From: an uncultured Ignavibacteria bacterium | GTDB taxonomy: Bacteria; Zixibacteria; MSB-5A5; WJJR01 | NCBI GenBank assembly: GCA_964593585.1 | Contig: CAZQIZ010000009.1 | Location: forward strand, 306-64,305 | Direction of reading: 5' to 3' | DNA: 64,000 nucleotides | Shown here: one piece after another, positions 46,167 through 54,802 of the stretch | Layout of the letters: the number at the start of each line of letters is the position of its first letter | Position numbering within the stretch: the stretch's first letter is position 1 | Notes under the pieces: model-generated | What the model was told of the DNA's origin: nothing | The model's database searches: none | Seen by the model: the letters and a program-made list of their open reading frames with translations, nothing else | Position numbers and translations under genes: made by a program

Positions 46167-47810
46167 TCACCCTTCCGACCGCTTCGTCGGATCAACAATC
46201 TGCAACACCCGCAACCAATCCGGATTGTCGCGTAGTTTCTTCTGCATCTCCGGAGTGGCCACTTCGGTGAATCCCTTGTATTTCTTGCGCACCTGGTCGT
46301 CCTCGCCGCCGCGCGCCAGTGAGATCAGCATCTGCACATACGCATCCGCCGGCTGGTCGGACAGCTTGCGCGCCGCGTCGTACTCCTTGGCCGCGCGTTT
46401 GTAATCGCCGGCGACAAAACAGGCCTCCGCCAGCGCCAGGCGGGTCTTTTCCGCCTTCTTATCCAGCTTGACCGCGATTTCGCAGTCCTTGATCGCCTTG
46501 CCGTGTTCGCGCATCTGCGTGAAATAACGCGCCCGGCGCAGATAGCCGTCCGGATCCTCCGGCGCCATCTCGATCAAGTGCCCGGCGCAGGCAACCGCGT
46601 CGAGGAACCGGTTGGCGTCGGCGTGCATGTTGGCCGCCTTCAGGAGGTCGGCGCGCGCCCCGTCGGCGTTGCCCGCCTTGAACTGGCACCAGCCGCGGTA
46701 CTGATAGGCCGACGCGTTCTCCGGATCATCCTTCAAGCCGAGACTGTACTTCTCGATCGCCGACGCGTACAGCCCGCGGTCCAGCATCTCCTTGGCCTCG
46801 GCGAAATGCGCTTTGGCGCGTTTGATTGGGTCGACCCGCGGCACCAGATCGCTTTTGGCCACCTGCAGCGTGTGTGTATTGCGCGCCTTGACCGCCACAT
46901 TCTTCGAGAAATCCTCAAACCCGTCCAACTGGATCACCACCCGGTGCTCCCCGGCGGGCATGCGCTTGATCTTCTTGGCGTCTTTGCCGTAGAGCACGCC
47001 GTCGACAAAGACCAGGTAATCGTTGAAATCCGTCTCCAAACTGATGTTGCCGTAGGCCATCGCCCCCGCATCGGCGTCGGGGTTCTCGACCTCCGCCTCG
47101 GTGGCGGGCGCGGCCGCCATTCCGCTTTGAACCGACGATCCGGCCAGCGCCAGCGGCATCAGCGCGAACGCCAGTTGCGCGTCATTGCTGCCGGTGCGCA
47201 CCACCGAACCCGCCTGCGGCTCATAGCCCGGCGCGATCGCCGTCAGTTTGAACATTCCCGATTGGAGCCCGTTGACCGTGAACAGCCCGGCAGCATTCGT
47301 GGTCACGGTCTGGCCGCCGTCCAGGGTCACTGTCGCGTTCGAGATCACCCGTCCGGTCAAACGATCCACCACCACGCCAGTCACCGAGCCGCCCGTGGGG
47401 CTGCTGACCATCGACGAGATCCCAACTATCGCCAGCACCGACAAGACCAAGAGCCCCACCCCCTTTACGATCCACATCGGCGTGAGGACACGCTCCTTAC
47501 GCACTTCGAATGGTTTATGCCCGACCACCACGACCTCGCCGGGCACGATCTTCGTGTTAAAGGGAAACCGCAGGGTCAGTCCCGACAGGTGCGCAATTCC
47601 GGTGGGCGGCATGACGCCGTCGCTCAGGGGCCGGCGTGTGGAGGGCCCCGTCTTGGGCGTCTCCAGGTCGACCGGCTCGATCGCTGCGGTCGCCCCCTTG
47701 CCCGCCGGTTTGTTCTTGCCCGGACGCGGCAGGTCGCGCATGTGCGTCTCATCCCCCGCCTTGACGCCGGTCTGCGTGTTCATCGCCTCGGTATCGGTCG
47801 GATTGGCCAT
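46167..47810 (-). CDS. Membrane-anchored protein with CarboxypepD_reg-like and PEGA domains and C-terminal TPR repeats
   Basis: ATG at 47810 (MANPTDTEAM) after GGAGACC. TM helix VKGVGLLVLSVLAIVGI. TVTLDGGQTVTTNAAGLFTVNGLQSGMFKLTAIAPGYEP (Cna-B/CarboxypepD_reg-like). YLVFVDGVLYGKDAKKIKRMPAGEHRVVIQLDGFEDF (PEGA). C-terminal TPR-like helical repeats. Confidence 0.65.
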   Translation of the reverse strand: MANPTDTEAMNTQTGVKAGDETHMRDLPRPGKNKPAGKGATAAIEPVDLETPKTGPSTRRPLSDGVMPPTGIAHLSGLTLRFPFNTKIVPGEVVVVGHKPFEVRKERVLTPMWIVKGVGLLVLSVLAIVGISSMVSSPTGGSVTGVVVDRLTGRVISNATVTLDGGQTVTTNAAGLFTVNGLQSGMFKLTAIAPGYEPQAGSVVRTGSNDAQLAFALMPLALAGSSVQSGMAAAPATEAEVENPDADAGAMAYGNISLETDFNDYLVFVDGVLYGKDAKKIKRMPAGEHRVVIQLDGFEDFSKNVAVKARNTHTLQVAKSDLVPRVDPIKRAKAHFAEAKEMLDRGLYASAIEKYSLGLKDDPENASAYQYRGWCQFKAGNADGARADLLKAANMHADANRFLDAVACAGHLIEMAPEDPDGYLRRARYFTQMREHGKAIKDCEIAVKLDKKAEKTRLALAEACFVAGDYKRAAKEYDAARKLSDQPADAYVQMLISLARGGEDDQVRKKYKGFTEVATPEMQKKLRDNPDWLRVLQIVDPTKRSEG

Positions 47811-48008
47811 CGTACGGTCTCCGGATGGTGTGACGGCCGTTTTTGGGAGCAAACGGCCCGGTTTTCTGCCCTCGTGGTTGTTATCGGCCGCCGCCGCAAA
47901 AGTCTTAAGGGCCGACAGGGTATGGATTTGTCACCGAACCGTTGACCAGAGACTTATTATCCGGTAGGATTGCGGAGATGGACGCTGACACGTCCGGAGC
48001 GGGGTGCC

Positions 48009-48653
48009 ATGAGCGCGAAAACTGAACAGCCGACACCAGAGGCCAATGAGTCCCATTCGTCGTCGAATCGCTATATCCTGATTGCGGCGCTGGCCTTTGC
48101 CGCGGTGGTCGCCATCTACATCATCAAGACCAACATGGAGCCGCCCAAGACCGAGCAGGTTGCCGCCACTCAGGACGCCAACAGCCGCATGCCCGATGGC
48201 ATGGTCGACACCGCCGCCGCGCGCGAGCAGCTCCTGCACCAGATTGAGCACATCCAGGAAATCCTGAAGAAAGATTCCACCAACTTCGACGCTTGGGCGG
48301 CGCTGGGGAACATGTACTTCGACGCCAACATGCCCGAGGACGCGATCACCCACTACCGCCGCGCCCTGGAACTGCGCCCCGATGATCTGCATGTCCTGAC
48401 CGACATGGCCACCATGCTGCGCGCCGTCGGGCGCTCCGACACCGCCGTGGTCGTTCTGCGTCACGTGGTCGCCATCGACTCGACGCTCTCACAGGCCTGG
48501 TTCAATCTCGGCGTCATGCAGAGCTTCGACTTGAAGAATCACCGCGAGGCGCTCGAGGCCTGGAAGAGGTTCCTGGCCCTCTCGCCGCCCTCCGAGCACA
48601 CCGAGGCGGTGCAGGAGGAAATCAAACGGCTGGAGAAGGAACTCGGCTCTTAG
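48009..48653 (+). CDS. Membrane-anchored TPR-repeat protein
   Basis: ATG 48009. TM helix YILIAALAFAAVVAIYII. TPR-like repeats (FDAWAALGNMYFDANMPEDAITHYRRALELRPDD..., SQAWFNLGVMQSFDLKNHREALEAWKRFLALSP). Confidence 0.65.
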   Translation: MSAKTEQPTPEANESHSSSNRYILIAALAFAAVVAIYIIKTNMEPPKTEQVAATQDANSRMPDGMVDTAAAREQLLHQIEHIQEILKKDSTNFDAWAALGNMYFDANMPEDAITHYRRALELRPDDLHVLTDMATMLRAVGRSDTAVVVLRHVVAIDSTLSQAWFNLGVMQSFDLKNHREALEAWKRFLALSPPSEHTEAVQEEIKRLEKELGS

Positions 48654-48680
48654 CCCGACCGCTTCCCGTAACTCCCTCGC

Positions 48681-48872
48681 CCGTCATTGCAAGCCCGCCC
48701 GCGGCGAATTTCTCCTCGCAATGACGGAGGGATTCGGAACTCACGTCGACGATCCTACGATTCCCGTCATTCCAAGCCGGCGCTCTATGCCGGCTTGGAA
48801 TCTTTTTTTGGCACTCCCCATCCGTCATTGCGAGTCCCGCGCTTTATGCGGGGCGAAGCAATCTTTGTCCTC
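48681..48872. repeat. Cluster of nested palindromic repeat units (CGTCATT-hairpin-AATCTTT family): cgtcattgcaag...ctcctcgcaatgacgg; cgtcattccaagccggcgctctatgccggcttggaatcttt; cgtcattgcgagtcccgcgctttatgcggggcgaagcaatctttgt
   Basis: Three units, each bounded by cgtcatt...aatc(ttt), with perfect internal stems (ccaagccggc/gccggcttgg; cccgc/gcggg). The same units recur at 35840-35864, 53930-54035 and 60372-60678. They give rise to the spurious ORF peptides RHCESRALGG/AKQSL. Confidence 0.6.
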
Positions 48873-51327
48873 ACGCCGCCTGATTCGCCATCCCCGCCTG
48901 CAGCAACTGCTCCGCCCGCGAGCGGATGTCCCAATCGGGGTGCGTGGCCAGACGCGGCAGATCAAAACGGATCGCCTGCGGCGGCAGCGTCAGCCGGTAA
49001 TGCCCGCGGCCGTCGTTTTCAATCAACGTGTCGGCGCGCGGCCCGGCGGCGCTCAACTCGCGCCGCAACTGATAGAAGTACTTGATCTGATTCTCTCCCG
49101 GCTCGATCTCGGTCTTGTTGATCCAGCCGTCGCGGGTCAGCAAACGCGCCGCCGCCAGCGCCAACAGGTACTTGAAACTCTTGGCCCGCAGCATCAGCGT
49201 CCGCCCCTCCAATTGCACCGACATCCGCGCCCGGTGCCCGGCGCCGTCCAATTGCAGAATGGGTGACATGACTTCCTCCTGTCGTTTGTCTGCGGAATGG
49301 GGAACATGGAACTCGCCGCGCCCGGCCGCCGAATGCGCATCCCGCATTCCGCGCTCCGTCGCGGGTATCTCAGCAATCTGTTTCTGCGTCCAGGCGCGGC
49401 AGCGCGCGATCGTCCGTTCCGCCACCGGCAACGGGATCAGCGCCGCCAAGTCGGCCGCTTCACGCTGCGCCAGCGCCGCCGGATCATCCCAGCCGCGCCC
49501 CAGCAGCTCCAACAACGTCTGACGGGGGAGAAGGCCGCCCAATGCCTCGACCAAGGTCGCGGCGCTCTCCGGCAAGCCATGCCGCGTCCGGAAGGCGGCG
49601 CGTGTGAACTCGCGCGCAAACCGCGCCGTCGCCGGCGACGCCTGCGCCCATGCCCCGGCCGTCTCCAAGAGCCACGACAACGTGTCCGCCACCGGCTCCA
49701 GACGTCCCACCGGCAGACGGTACCGCTGCTCGATCTGCCTCGTGTCGACCCCGTGCATCCAATCGTCGAGCACAAGCGCCGTCAGTATCGCGCGCGCCTG
49801 CGCCGCCGCCGTGGCAAACGCCCCCGTCACCGCCGCGGGATCGTGCGCAAAACGCCGCCCCAGCGCGGTGAGGAAATCCTCACCGAAACGCGACAGCCAC
49901 ACCGACGCCGCCTCCCGCGGCGGCGGCTGCGTCAAACGCGCCTCCGCCGCCTCGGGACGCGTCGCCAGAAACGCGATCCACAATGCCGGATCAAAATCGC
50001 TGGCGGCATCCAGCGCCCGTGTCAACGCCGCCGCCGTTTCGAGCCCAATCCCCGCCGTCGCCGCAATCGCCCCGCGCGGCGTCGAACTCAGATATCCCTC
50101 CGGATCGACCACCACCAACCCCGCCCGCGCCAACCGCGCCAACGCCCGCTCCAGGGAGGGCGACGCTGCCGCCGCGCCCGCAAACGGCGACCGTGCCGCG
50201 ATCGCCGCCGCATCCTCCAATCGCCGCGCCAAACCGCAGACCACCCAATCCAACAGCCGCCGCTCCGGCGGAAAGACGGCCATCGGCGCCGGTTCCGGCG
50301 CCGACGCTTCCGGCGCGATGTAGGCCTGCCACAGCAACTCCGCTTCGCACTCGCTGTGGCTCCAGAGCACACCCCGCCCCGGCGCGCCCGCGTTGCCGGA
50401 GAGTCCCAGACGCCCGGCGCGTCCGGCCATGCCTTCGAACTCCAGACGCGCCAGCGGCGTCGGTACCGGATGTCCGGTGTAGGGCCCGCCGCTGTATTTC
50501 TCCGCGTCGACAAACGCGACCGTCGCCGGCAGATTCACCCCCCAGGCCAATGTCCCGGTGCAGAAGAGCGCCGCCAACTGCCCGCGCGCAAACAACCGCT
50601 CCACCAAGGTCCGCTGATGCGGCGTCAGGTCGGCGTGATGCACGCCCACCCCATGCTCCAGCCAATGCGCCAACGGCCCGGCCAGCGAGGGACCGCTGCG
50701 AATCGCCCAGCGATCCTCCTCGGTCAAGACCGGCGCCGCGGCGCGACGCTCGGCCAGCGCCTGCGCCCGACGGTGGCAGTCGGATTTCGACGGACAGAAC
50801 ACCAGGATGCGCTCGCCGCGATGGGCCAGCGCATCCAGCAACGCCAACGGACGCTCCGCCTCCGGCAACGTGCTGTCCCAGGGCAGCGCCTCCTCGCCGG
50901 TTTCGGCGGAATTGTGCTCGCGGAAACGGAACCGCCCCTCGTGCAGCACCCCGAGACGCAGCTCCACCGGACGCCGCCGCACCGTCAACACCGGCGCGCG
51001 CAGATAGCGCGACAACGCCTCCGCCTGCGGCAGATGCGACGCCAGCATGAGCACCCGCGGCGGCCGCGCCGCCGCCGCCAGCACATCGCACAGCGACGCC
51101 ACCACCGGCCCGCGCCGCCGCGCCAACGAACCCGCCGCCGCCACCTCCGCCAGGAAGGTCTTCCCCGACGAGGTCGGCGCGACCACAATCAGACTCCCGC
51201 GCCCGCACAGATCATGCGCGCGCACCGCATCCGCCTGCCAATCCAGCAACTCCGCCCCGGTCGTCGCGCCCCACCGCGCCAGAAACCGTTCGGAGATGCC
51301 ATACTCTGTCAGCCGCGAAAGCTTCAT
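48871..51327 (-). CDS. Superfamily-2 DEAD/DEAH-box helicase (Ski2/Lhr-like)
   Basis: Walker A LIVVAPTSSGKTFLAEVAAAG. Later CTGTLAWGVNLPATV (motif VI-like), followed by a long helical C-terminal region. Confidence 0.8.
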   Translation of the reverse strand: MKLSRLTEYGISERFLARWGATTGAELLDWQADAVRAHDLCGRGSLIVVAPTSSGKTFLAEVAAAGSLARRRGPVVASLCDVLAAAARPPRVLMLASHLPQAEALSRYLRAPVLTVRRRPVELRLGVLHEGRFRFREHNSAETGEEALPWDSTLPEAERPLALLDALAHRGERILVFCPSKSDCHRRAQALAERRAAAPVLTEEDRWAIRSGPSLAGPLAHWLEHGVGVHHADLTPHQRTLVERLFARGQLAALFCTGTLAWGVNLPATVAFVDAEKYSGGPYTGHPVPTPLARLEFEGMAGRAGRLGLSGNAGAPGRGVLWSHSECEAELLWQAYIAPEASAPEPAPMAVFPPERRLLDWVVCGLARRLEDAAAIAARSPFAGAAAASPSLERALARLARAGLVVVDPEGYLSSTPRGAIAATAGIGLETAAALTRALDAASDFDPALWIAFLATRPEAAEARLTQPPPREAASVWLSRFGEDFLTALGRRFAHDPAAVTGAFATAAAQARAILTALVLDDWMHGVDTRQIEQRYRLPVGRLEPVADTLSWLLETAGAWAQASPATARFAREFTRAAFRTRHGLPESAATLVEALGGLLPRQTLLELLGRGWDDPAALAQREAADLAALIPLPVAERTIARCRAWTQKQIAEIPATERGMRDAHSAAGRGEFHVPHSADKRQEEVMSPILQLDGAGHRARMSVQLEGRTLMLRAKSFKYLLALAAARLLTRDGWINKTEIEPGENQIKYFYQLRRELSAAGPRADTLIENDGRGHYRLTLPPQAIRFDLPRLATHPDWDIRSRAEQLLQAGMANQAA

Positions 51328-51782
51328 GCCCGCGTTTCCGCCTCTGAATCCTGCCCACCAGGAATTGTTTCACCCTCACCCGCGGCGCGACCTCTCCCTC
51401 TCAGGGAGAGGTTGGGAGGCTCACTTGTCTGACACTCCGCTCGAATCGCTTCCATGATATTGTCGAGGTTGCGGATGACATCGCCGTTGGCGAACCGGAT
51501 GACGCGATAACCGTTCTTCTTCAGCCAATCTGTTCGTTCCCGGTCATAGGCTTCCTGCTGCGCGTGCGTATCGCCGTCGATTTCGATGACGACGCGCACG
51601 GATGGGCAGTAGAAATCGACGATGTACTCTCCCAGCGGATGCTGTCGGCGAAACCGCAGTCCGGCCAGTCGTCGGTCGCGCAGACGGGCCCAGAGAATCC
51701 GCTCCATTGGCGTGAGCCCGCGGCGCAGAGCACGCGCCCGGTCACATATCACCGGATCAATCCGATGCGATCGCTCGGTCAT
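51324..51782 (-). CDS. DUF559 (very-short-patch-repair endonuclease-like) domain protein
   Basis: MTERSHRIDPVICDRARALRRGLTPMERILWARLRDRRLAGLRFRRQHPLGEYIVDFYC...VIEIDGDTHA...DRERTDWLKKNGYRVIRF is the DUF559 pattern. Start set at ATG 51782. The C-terminal tail reads through a palindromic repeat (PNLSLRGRG), so the true C-terminus is uncertain. Confidence 0.65.
   Translation of the reverse strand: MTERSHRIDPVICDRARALRRGLTPMERILWARLRDRRLAGLRFRRQHPLGEYIVDFYCPSVRVVIEIDGDTHAQQEAYDRERTDWLKKNGYRVIRFANGDVIRNLDNIMEAIRAECQTSEPPNLSLRGRGRAAGEGETIPGGQDSEAETRA
51395..51423. repeat. Palindromic repeat unit cctctccct-ctc-agggagagg (family 2), partial copy
   Basis: Same core at 51796-51850, 61535-61600 and 62795-62850 (inverted), and a related one at 41965-41995. 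Confidence 0.5.
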
Positions 51783-51795
51783 GCCTGCTCCCCTA

Positions 51796-51850
51796 ACCTC
51801 TCCCTGCAAGGGAGAGGTCGTCCCGGCTCGCCGGGACGGGTGAGGGTCCA
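51796..51850. repeat. Family-2 palindromic repeat: cctctccctgcaagggagagg + tcgtcccggctcgccgggacgggtgaggg
   Basis: Two adjacent perfect hairpins (ctctccct/agggagag; gtcccgg/ccgggac). Near-identical composite at 61535-61600. Confidence 0.55.
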
Positions 51851-51860
51851 AACCCCGTGC

Positions 51861-52124
51861 TCACCCGCACATCCCCATCCCGCACACCGTGCACGTGTCG
51901 CAGCCGCCCACACGCGCCATCGTCCCGCCGCAGTCGCGGCAAAACGACCGCCCGCAATGCCCGCACACCCACACCCCCAACGCCAGATCCGTCACCAGCG
52001 GCGTCCCGCACAGACACAAAGGCACCGACATCACCCGCTGGTGCGCCGCCCCGTGCTCGCTTTCCCGCGACAGAACCACCGGCTCCATCGCGCCCTCATC
52101 CGTCTTCCGCATCGCCCGCGCCAT
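51861..52124 (-). CDS. Small Cys-rich zinc-ribbon-like protein (87 aa), hypothetical
   Basis: AAAGGAGTG RBS 6 nt upstream of ATG (MARAMRKTDEG...). C-terminal half CLCGTPLVTDLALGVWVCGHCGRSFCRDCGGTMARVGGCDTCTVCGMGMCG has multiple CxxC pairs. No family assignable. Confidence 0.35.
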   Translation of the reverse strand: MARAMRKTDEGAMEPVVLSRESEHGAAHQRVMSVPLCLCGTPLVTDLALGVWVCGHCGRSFCRDCGGTMARVGGCDTCTVCGMGMCG

Positions 52125-52478
52125 CTGCGACACTCCTTTGTCCCGAGTCGTTCGTGAAGGCACCGTCACACCGCGCCCGCTTTGTATCCCTGATCTGAGT
52201 CCCGGCCTGAGGAAGGGGGGCTCTGTCTGCTTGTACGCAGGATACTGCTCAAATGTTCAGTTATCAAGACCGGCGGAGAGGAAGAAAAGCACAAAATGAT
52301 ATTGGGGTGGTAACTCGTTGCCAAACAAGAGGGTGGGAAATGAGGGCTGAAAAAGGAGGAAAAGAAATGCCCGGGCGTTGTAACTCAGGGCGACTCGACA
52401 CTACTAAAGCAGCGTGGGGGACGCTGTTCGGTCAGCGGTAGGGGCCTACTATCCGCCACACCGTGTCTACCCACCGAA

Positions 52479-52516
52479 CCCGGGCGTGAGCGACCGAACT
52501 CCGCCCGGGCGTTTTT
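52479..52516 (+). terminator. Rho-independent terminator (cccgggcg-15 nt loop-cgcccggg + cgttttt) with no protein-coding gene upstream on the + strand
   Basis: Perfect 8-bp GC stem followed by a T5 run. The upstream ~300 bp (52200-52480) is relatively AT-rich with no credible ORF. Confidence 0.55.
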
Positions 52517-52666
52517 CATTGCATCCCAAATCACTCACAAATTGTCAGGGCCGCGCAGAAGCCCCCGAAGCCGCCCTTGGCGAATGGCCGCGGCGCGGTT
52601 ACTTTCGCGCGAGTGGTTGGCGTCACGCCGGAACGGACACGACACCAAAACAGAAATGAGGCGGTC

Positions 52667-53893
52667 ATGGGCGCGCGCGGAATGCTGCTGGCAGTGCTGA
52701 TCGGGGCCTTGATCGGCATCTGGAACATCGAGCCGGCCCAGGCCCAGTTGGGCGGACTGAAAAAGAAGGCCGAAGAGAAAGCCAAAAAGGAAGCCGAGAA
52801 AAAAGCCCAGAAGGCGATCGAAGGCAAGGAAGAGGCCCCGGCCGAAGAGTCCACGTCGCAGCAGGGCGAATCCGCCAAGGGCGAAGCCGCCGCCGCCGGC
52901 GCGGCCGCCGAAAAGCAGGAGCCCGGCGCCGGTGTCTGGGTCAACTACGACTTCGTGCCCGGCAGCCGCGTCATCTTCTTCGATGATTTCTCCAAGGACG
53001 TGGTCGGCAACTTCCCGCAGCGCCTCGAGTTCGTCGAAGGCAACATGGAGGTTGCCGAATGGAAGGGGCAACGCTGGCTGCGCGCCTCCAGCGACAGCCG
53101 CTTCCAGGTCCCCCTGCCCGAGGTGCTGCCCGACAAGTTCACCATCGAATTCGACATGTATGCCCCCTACAGCTGGAACGAGACCAACCTCTGCGGCAGC
53201 GCCCGCGACAATTGGGACAACGCCGAAGTCACCCGCGCCCAGACCGGCTTCTGTGTCAATCCCTGGGACCGAACCGCCGGGCTCTTCCACAACGACAGCA
53301 AGGGGTACATCGCGTCCCTGCGGCTTCCCGATGAGACGTTTGACGGCATCTACCACTGCCGCATTCTCGCCGACGGCAAATACATGAAGGCCTACATCAA
53401 CCAGACCCGCGTCGCCAACGTGCCGAAGACCGCCTTCACCCGCACCAACGCTCTCTGGTTTGACACCTACGCGCAGACCGAAAAGCCGTCGATGTACACC
53501 AACTTCCGTATCGCCGTCAGCGACAAGACGATCTATGACGCCCTCTCCGCCGATGGACGTGTCGCCACCCACGGCATCCTGTTCGACTCCGGCTCCGACA
53601 AGATTCGCCCCGAGTCGACCCCGACGCTCAAGGAGATCGGGCAGATGCTGACCGATCATCCGGAACTGAACCTGATGATCGAGGGGCACACCGACAACGT
53701 CGGCGATGATGCTTCCAATCAGACACTTTCGGAGAATCGCGCCGCCGCGGTCAAGGGATACCTGATCGAACATCACAAGATCGACGCGGCCCGCCTCCAG
53801 TCGCAGGGCTTCGGCGAGACCAAGCCGGTCGCCGGCAACGACACACCCGAAGGCCGTCAGAACAACCGTCGCGTGGAGCTGGTGAAACTGTAG
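52667..53893 (+). CDS. OmpA-family protein (N-terminal signal/anchor, Lys/Glu/Ala-rich linker, central domain, C-terminal OmpA-like peptidoglycan-binding domain)
   Basis: ATG 52667. C-terminus ILFDSGSDKIRPESTPTLKEIGQMLTDHPELNLMIEGHTDNVGDDASNQTLSENRAAAVKGYLI...NRRVELVK is the OmpA_C pattern. Confidence 0.8.
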   Translation: MGARGMLLAVLIGALIGIWNIEPAQAQLGGLKKKAEEKAKKEAEKKAQKAIEGKEEAPAEESTSQQGESAKGEAAAAGAAAEKQEPGAGVWVNYDFVPGSRVIFFDDFSKDVVGNFPQRLEFVEGNMEVAEWKGQRWLRASSDSRFQVPLPEVLPDKFTIEFDMYAPYSWNETNLCGSARDNWDNAEVTRAQTGFCVNPWDRTAGLFHNDSKGYIASLRLPDETFDGIYHCRILADGKYMKAYINQTRVANVPKTAFTRTNALWFDTYAQTEKPSMYTNFRIAVSDKTIYDALSADGRVATHGILFDSGSDKIRPESTPTLKEIGQMLTDHPELNLMIEGHTDNVGDDASNQTLSENRAAAVKGYLIEHHKIDAARLQSQGFGETKPVAGNDTPEGRQNNRRVELVKL

Positions 53894-53929
53894 CGGCCGA
53901 ACATGATTTGCTTTCCGCCGCGGCGGACA

Positions 53930-54035
53930 GGCGTCGTCGTCCGCCTCCGGCGGACTCCTCCTCGCAATGACGAGGAGGTAGACCCCATCCGTCATTGCGA
54001 GTCCGCCGCAGGCGGGCGAAGCAATCTTTATTCCC
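53930..54035. repeat. CGTCATT-family nested palindromic repeat cluster (cgtcgtccgcctccggcggactcctcctcgcaatgacgaggagg ... ccgtcattgcgagtccgccgcaggcgggcgaagcaatcttt)
   Basis: Same unit types as at 48681-48872 and 60372-60678. Perfect stems ctcctcg/cgaggag and gtccgcc/ggcggac. Confidence 0.55.
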
Positions 54036-54097
54036 CCCACCGAATCCGCTTCAATCTTGTCTTTTTCCCCCGCCGCCGATATCATCCCCGCGGCGCC

Positions 54098-54295
54098 ATG
54101 AACACCATGCCTGAAACATACAAGTGCCCGCACTGCGGCAAGGACGCCCAAATCGATCTGGCCCACGAACTGGAACACGGCCAGACCGACCTGCGCCAAT
54201 CCATTGACGGCCGTCAGAATCTGAAACTCGATCTGCCCAAACGACTCCTGGTCGCTTGCGACCACTGCCATCGGACGATGGTGATCCAGCCCTGA
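54098..54295 (+). CDS. Small zinc-ribbon protein (65 aa), hypothetical
   Basis: MNTMPETYKCPHCGKDAQIDLAHELEHGQTDLRQSIDGRQNLKLDLPKRLLVACDHCHRTMVIQP has CxxC...CxxC. The upstream part of the track ORF is translated repeat sequence. RBS weak. Confidence 0.4.
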   Translation: MNTMPETYKCPHCGKDAQIDLAHELEHGQTDLRQSIDGRQNLKLDLPKRLLVACDHCHRTMVIQP

Positions 54296-54309
54296 GACGC
54301 TCAGCCCCG

Positions 54310-54738
54310 ATGCCCAACGATCTCGACATCCGCGCCCGCCAGGGGGAGATTCCCACCGACGAGGATCTCTTCTGGCCGCAGGCGATGCGTCAGGTGCAAC
54401 TGGGCATGCTGGCCAGCGCCCACACCGCCGCCGGCGGCCTCCTGGCGCTCTCGCTGGTGGCCTGGGCGTTGGTGGTCGCGGCGTTGCTTTATGGCGCGGT
54501 GGGGGAGGAGCTGGTCTTCTGGCTGGTGCCGCTGGGTTTCTGGACACTGTCGGCCATCGGCGCGTTGCGTGTCTTCATCGTCCGCCGCTACCGTTACTTC
54601 GCCAATTCCCCCGATTCCACCCGGCAGGCGGTCGCACGGATCGCCCGCAAGAAGATCCAGCAGCTCTATGCCGCCATCGCGCTCTGGGCATTCGGTGTTT
54701 TGTTTCTGCTGCTGGCGTTGTTACTTGAACGCGGATAG
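54310..54738 (+). CDS. Hypothetical membrane protein (3-4 TM helices)
   Basis: ATG 54310 (MPNDLDIRARQG...). Hydrophobic helices LLALSLVAWALVVAALLYGAV, LVFWLVPLGFWTLSAIGALRVFIV, LYAAIALWAFGVLFLLLALLL. Confidence 0.45.
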   Translation: MPNDLDIRARQGEIPTDEDLFWPQAMRQVQLGMLASAHTAAGGLLALSLVAWALVVAALLYGAVGEELVFWLVPLGFWTLSAIGALRVFIVRRYRYFANSPDSTRQAVARIARKKIQQLYAAIALWAFGVLFLLLALLLERG

Positions 54739-54802
54739 AAGTCCCCGTCTCCCGTCCGATTGATCGCGGCGCGGGAACCGAGACATCCGCTCACACAGCG
54801 CC

